Source: an uncultured Verrucomicrobia subdivision 3 bacterium (GTDB taxonomy: Bacteria; Verrucomicrobiota; Verrucomicrobiia; Limisphaerales; UBA11358). Taken from it: a stretch of 64,000 nt of DNA. The DNA lies in the NCBI GenBank assembly GCA_903872345.1, contig CAIQKM010000017.1:15690-79689 (forward strand), given 5' to 3'. The position numbers and the translations under genes were made by a program. Within the stretch, counting starts at the first letter, position 1. Each line of letters starts with the position of its first letter. This document shows positions 62,351 to 64,000 of this stretch, in pieces. The notes below the pieces were generated by a model. That model was not told the DNA's origin, made no database searches, and saw only the letters and a program-made list of their open reading frames with translations.

Positions 62351-63481
62351 ATGTACGCGAAATTGAAGTTTCAACACTTTTTCCGGCCGGCCCTGATGGC
62401 GACTGTCGCCATTATTCTGGCCACCGGCTGCACCAAGAGCGCACCGCCGCCGGCGATGGCTCCCACCGCTGTCACCGTGGCGGCCGTGGAACAAAAGAAC
62501 ATCGTGGAATGGAATGAATTCACCGGCCGCGTCGAGCCGGTGCAATCCGTCGAAATTCGCCCGCGCGTTTCCGGCTACATTCAGGAAGTGAAATTCCAAT
62601 CCGGTCAGCTCGTGAAGAAGGGCGACGTCCTGTTCACCATTGATCCGCGCTGGAATCAGGCGGTGTTTGACCAGCGGCAGGCCGAGTATGACCAGGCCAA
62701 AAATGAGGCGAATCGCACCGCCGTGCTGTTGAAAGGCAACGCCATCTCCACCGAGGAAGCCGATGCCCGCAAGGCGCATTACGAGGAAGCCAAGGCCATG
62801 CTCGATTCCGCCGAACTGGATCTCGAATACACCGTGGTGCGCGCCCCGATTGACGGCCGCGTCAGCCGCGCCCTGCTCACGGAAGGCAATTATGTCAGCG
62901 GCAACGCCGGCAATGCCTCGCTGCTCACCACCGTCGTGTCCGTGGACCCGGTCTATGTCATTGCGGACATTGACGAGGATACGCTCCTGAAATTCAACCA
63001 GCTCGTCCACGACAAGAAGCTGGGAGATGAAAACGGCGGACGCGTTCCGGTGGCGCTGCAACTGGCGGATGAAAAGGATTATCCCCACCAGGGCTATATT
63101 GAATCCTTCGACAACCAGTTGAACCCGGACACCGGCAGCATTCTGATGCGCGCCGTGTTTGCCAACACCGACGGAATGATTGTGCCCGGGCTCTTTGCGC
63201 GCATCCGCCTGCCGCTGAGCGAAAACCACCCCGCCCTGCTCGTGGATGAGCGCGCCATCGGGACGGATCAGGCGCAAAAATTTGTGCTCACCCTCACCGC
63301 CACCAACACCGTGCAATACCGGCCGGTGGAACTCGGCCCGGTGATTGACGGCAAACGCATCGTTCGCTCCGGCCTGACCGCCGGCGAAAAAATCGTGGTG
63401 AACGGCCTCTCCCGGGTACGCCCCGGCATGCCCGTGACACCGCAGGATGAGACGCCCGCCGTACAAACCGCGCTCAAGTGA
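62351..63481 (+). CDS. RND efflux periplasmic adaptor lipoprotein (AcrA/MexA-like)
   Basis: ATG 62351 gives ...VAIILATGC (lipobox). Motifs VSGYIQEVKFQSGQLVKKGDVLFTIDP and APIDGRVS. Confidence 0.85.
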   Translation: MYAKLKFQHFFRPALMATVAIILATGCTKSAPPPAMAPTAVTVAAVEQKNIVEWNEFTGRVEPVQSVEIRPRVSGYIQEVKFQSGQLVKKGDVLFTIDPRWNQAVFDQRQAEYDQAKNEANRTAVLLKGNAISTEEADARKAHYEEAKAMLDSAELDLEYTVVRAPIDGRVSRALLTEGNYVSGNAGNASLLTTVVSVDPVYVIADIDEDTLLKFNQLVHDKKLGDENGGRVPVALQLADEKDYPHQGYIESFDNQLNPDTGSILMRAVFANTDGMIVPGLFARIRLPLSENHPALLVDERAIGTDQAQKFVLTLTATNTVQYRPVELGPVIDGKRIVRSGLTAGEKIVVNGLSRVRPGMPVTPQDETPAVQTALK

Positions 63482-63513
63482 TCGCCGGGCAAAACCCTTA
63501 GCCATCCGCCAAC

Positions 63514-64000
63514 ATGAATTTTTCCAGTTTCTTCATCAAGCGACCGATCTTCGCCGGGGTGCTGTCCATCGCGATCTTCGTGATTGGGCTCATCGCGATG
63601 TTCCGGCTGCCCATCGCCGAATATCCGGAAGTGGTCCCGCCCACCATCGTGGTGAAAGCCACGTATCCGGGCGCCACGCCCAAGACCATTGCCGAGACCG
63701 TGGCCTCCCCGCTCGAACAGGCCGTCAACGGCGTCGAAGGCTCGCTCTACATGTTCTCCCAGGCCACGGGCGATGGCGTGATGACGCTCACCGTGACGTT
63801 TGCCCTGGGCACGGACATTGACAAGGCGCAGGTGCAGGTGCAGAACCGGGTTTCCCAGTCGCTGCCCAAGCTGCCCGAGGAAGTCCGCAACCTGGGCGTG
63901 ACCACCACCAAGCAATCGCCCGACCTCACGATGGTCGTCCACTTGTATTCCCCGAATGGCCGCTACGATAAAATCTACCTGCGCAACTACGCCACCTTGC
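63514..64000 (+). CDS. RND efflux pump inner-membrane permease (AcrB/MexB-like), N-terminal fragment running off the window
   Basis: Not in the ORF track because no stop lies within the window. My translation from ATG 63514 gives MNFSSFFIKRPIFAGVLSIAIFVIGLIAMFRLPIAEYPEVVPPTIVVKATYPGATPKTIAETVASPLEQ..., a canonical HAE1 N-terminus. Confidence 0.85.
   Translation, partial: MNFSSFFIKRPIFAGVLSIAIFVIGLIAMFRLPIAEYPEVVPPTIVVKATYPGATPKTIAETVASPLEQAVNGVEGSLYMFSQATGDGVMTLTVTFALGTDIDKAQVQVQNRVSQSLPKLPEEVRNLGVTTTKQSPDLTMVVHLYSPNGRYDKIYLRNYATL

Noticed and set aside
1-64000. tRNA, rRNA, transposase, integrase or prophage genes; toxin-antitoxin or known defence systems
   Set aside because: No T-arm/anticodon-arm cloverleaf candidates, rRNA signatures, DDE or tyrosine-recombinase motifs, or hallmark defence domains were recognised on either strand. 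The AT-richer islets have no flanking direct repeats or tRNA targets that I could see, so I do not call them mobile elements.

Overview
High-GC chromosomal segment. The gene content looks like a PVC-superphylum (Verrucomicrobiota-like) bacterium: sulfatase plus anaerobic sulfatase maturase, ECF sigma factors, a polytopic Ser/Thr kinase, a Tat-exported Gfo/Idh/MocA oxidoreductase, and large secreted glycoside hydrolases. The taxon is inference only. I support about 54 protein-coding genes. I recognised no rRNA, tRNA, CRISPR array, transposase, integrase or phage genes. Layout: (1) 1-1.7 kb, sulfatase/anSME. (2) 3.5-7.6 kb, ECF sigma, then a LysR-controlled WrbA-like/YceI/pirin redox-stress cluster. 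(3) 8.1-10.6 kb, a tight cytochrome c / beta-barrel porin / dihaem cytochrome c operon. (4) 11.3-19.7 kb, an ECF sigma fused to a polytopic membrane domain, a disulfide reductase, a multi-TM Ser/Thr kinase and cobA/hemD. (5) 20-35 kb, a carbohydrate locus (GH2, GH32, galK, SSS symporter, XylR-type regulator) interrupted by three AT-richer islets encoding immunity-like or unknown small proteins. (6) 35-45 kb, LD-carboxypeptidase, a GT-C-like membrane protein divergent from a HAD-Lnt fusion, and a MacAB-type ABC exporter. (7) 45-58 kb, housekeeping genes (pyc, eukaryote-type hisA, aroB, ABC-2 exporter, MFS). (8) 58-64 kb, an AT-richer lectin-like gene plus AraC regulator, then trxA-tetR and an RND efflux operon that share a duplicated operator-like palindrome. 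Intergenic DNA holds several short repeat/hairpin families. The candidates I rank highest for novelty are the split cytochrome-porin module, the membrane-fused ECF sigma, the HAD-Lnt fusion with its GT-C neighbour, and the trxA-TetR-RND regulon. All functional calls come from motif recognition by eye; no database search was run. Many ORF-track starts are the most upstream ATG/GTG/TTG, and I trimmed them where a canonical N-terminus was evident.
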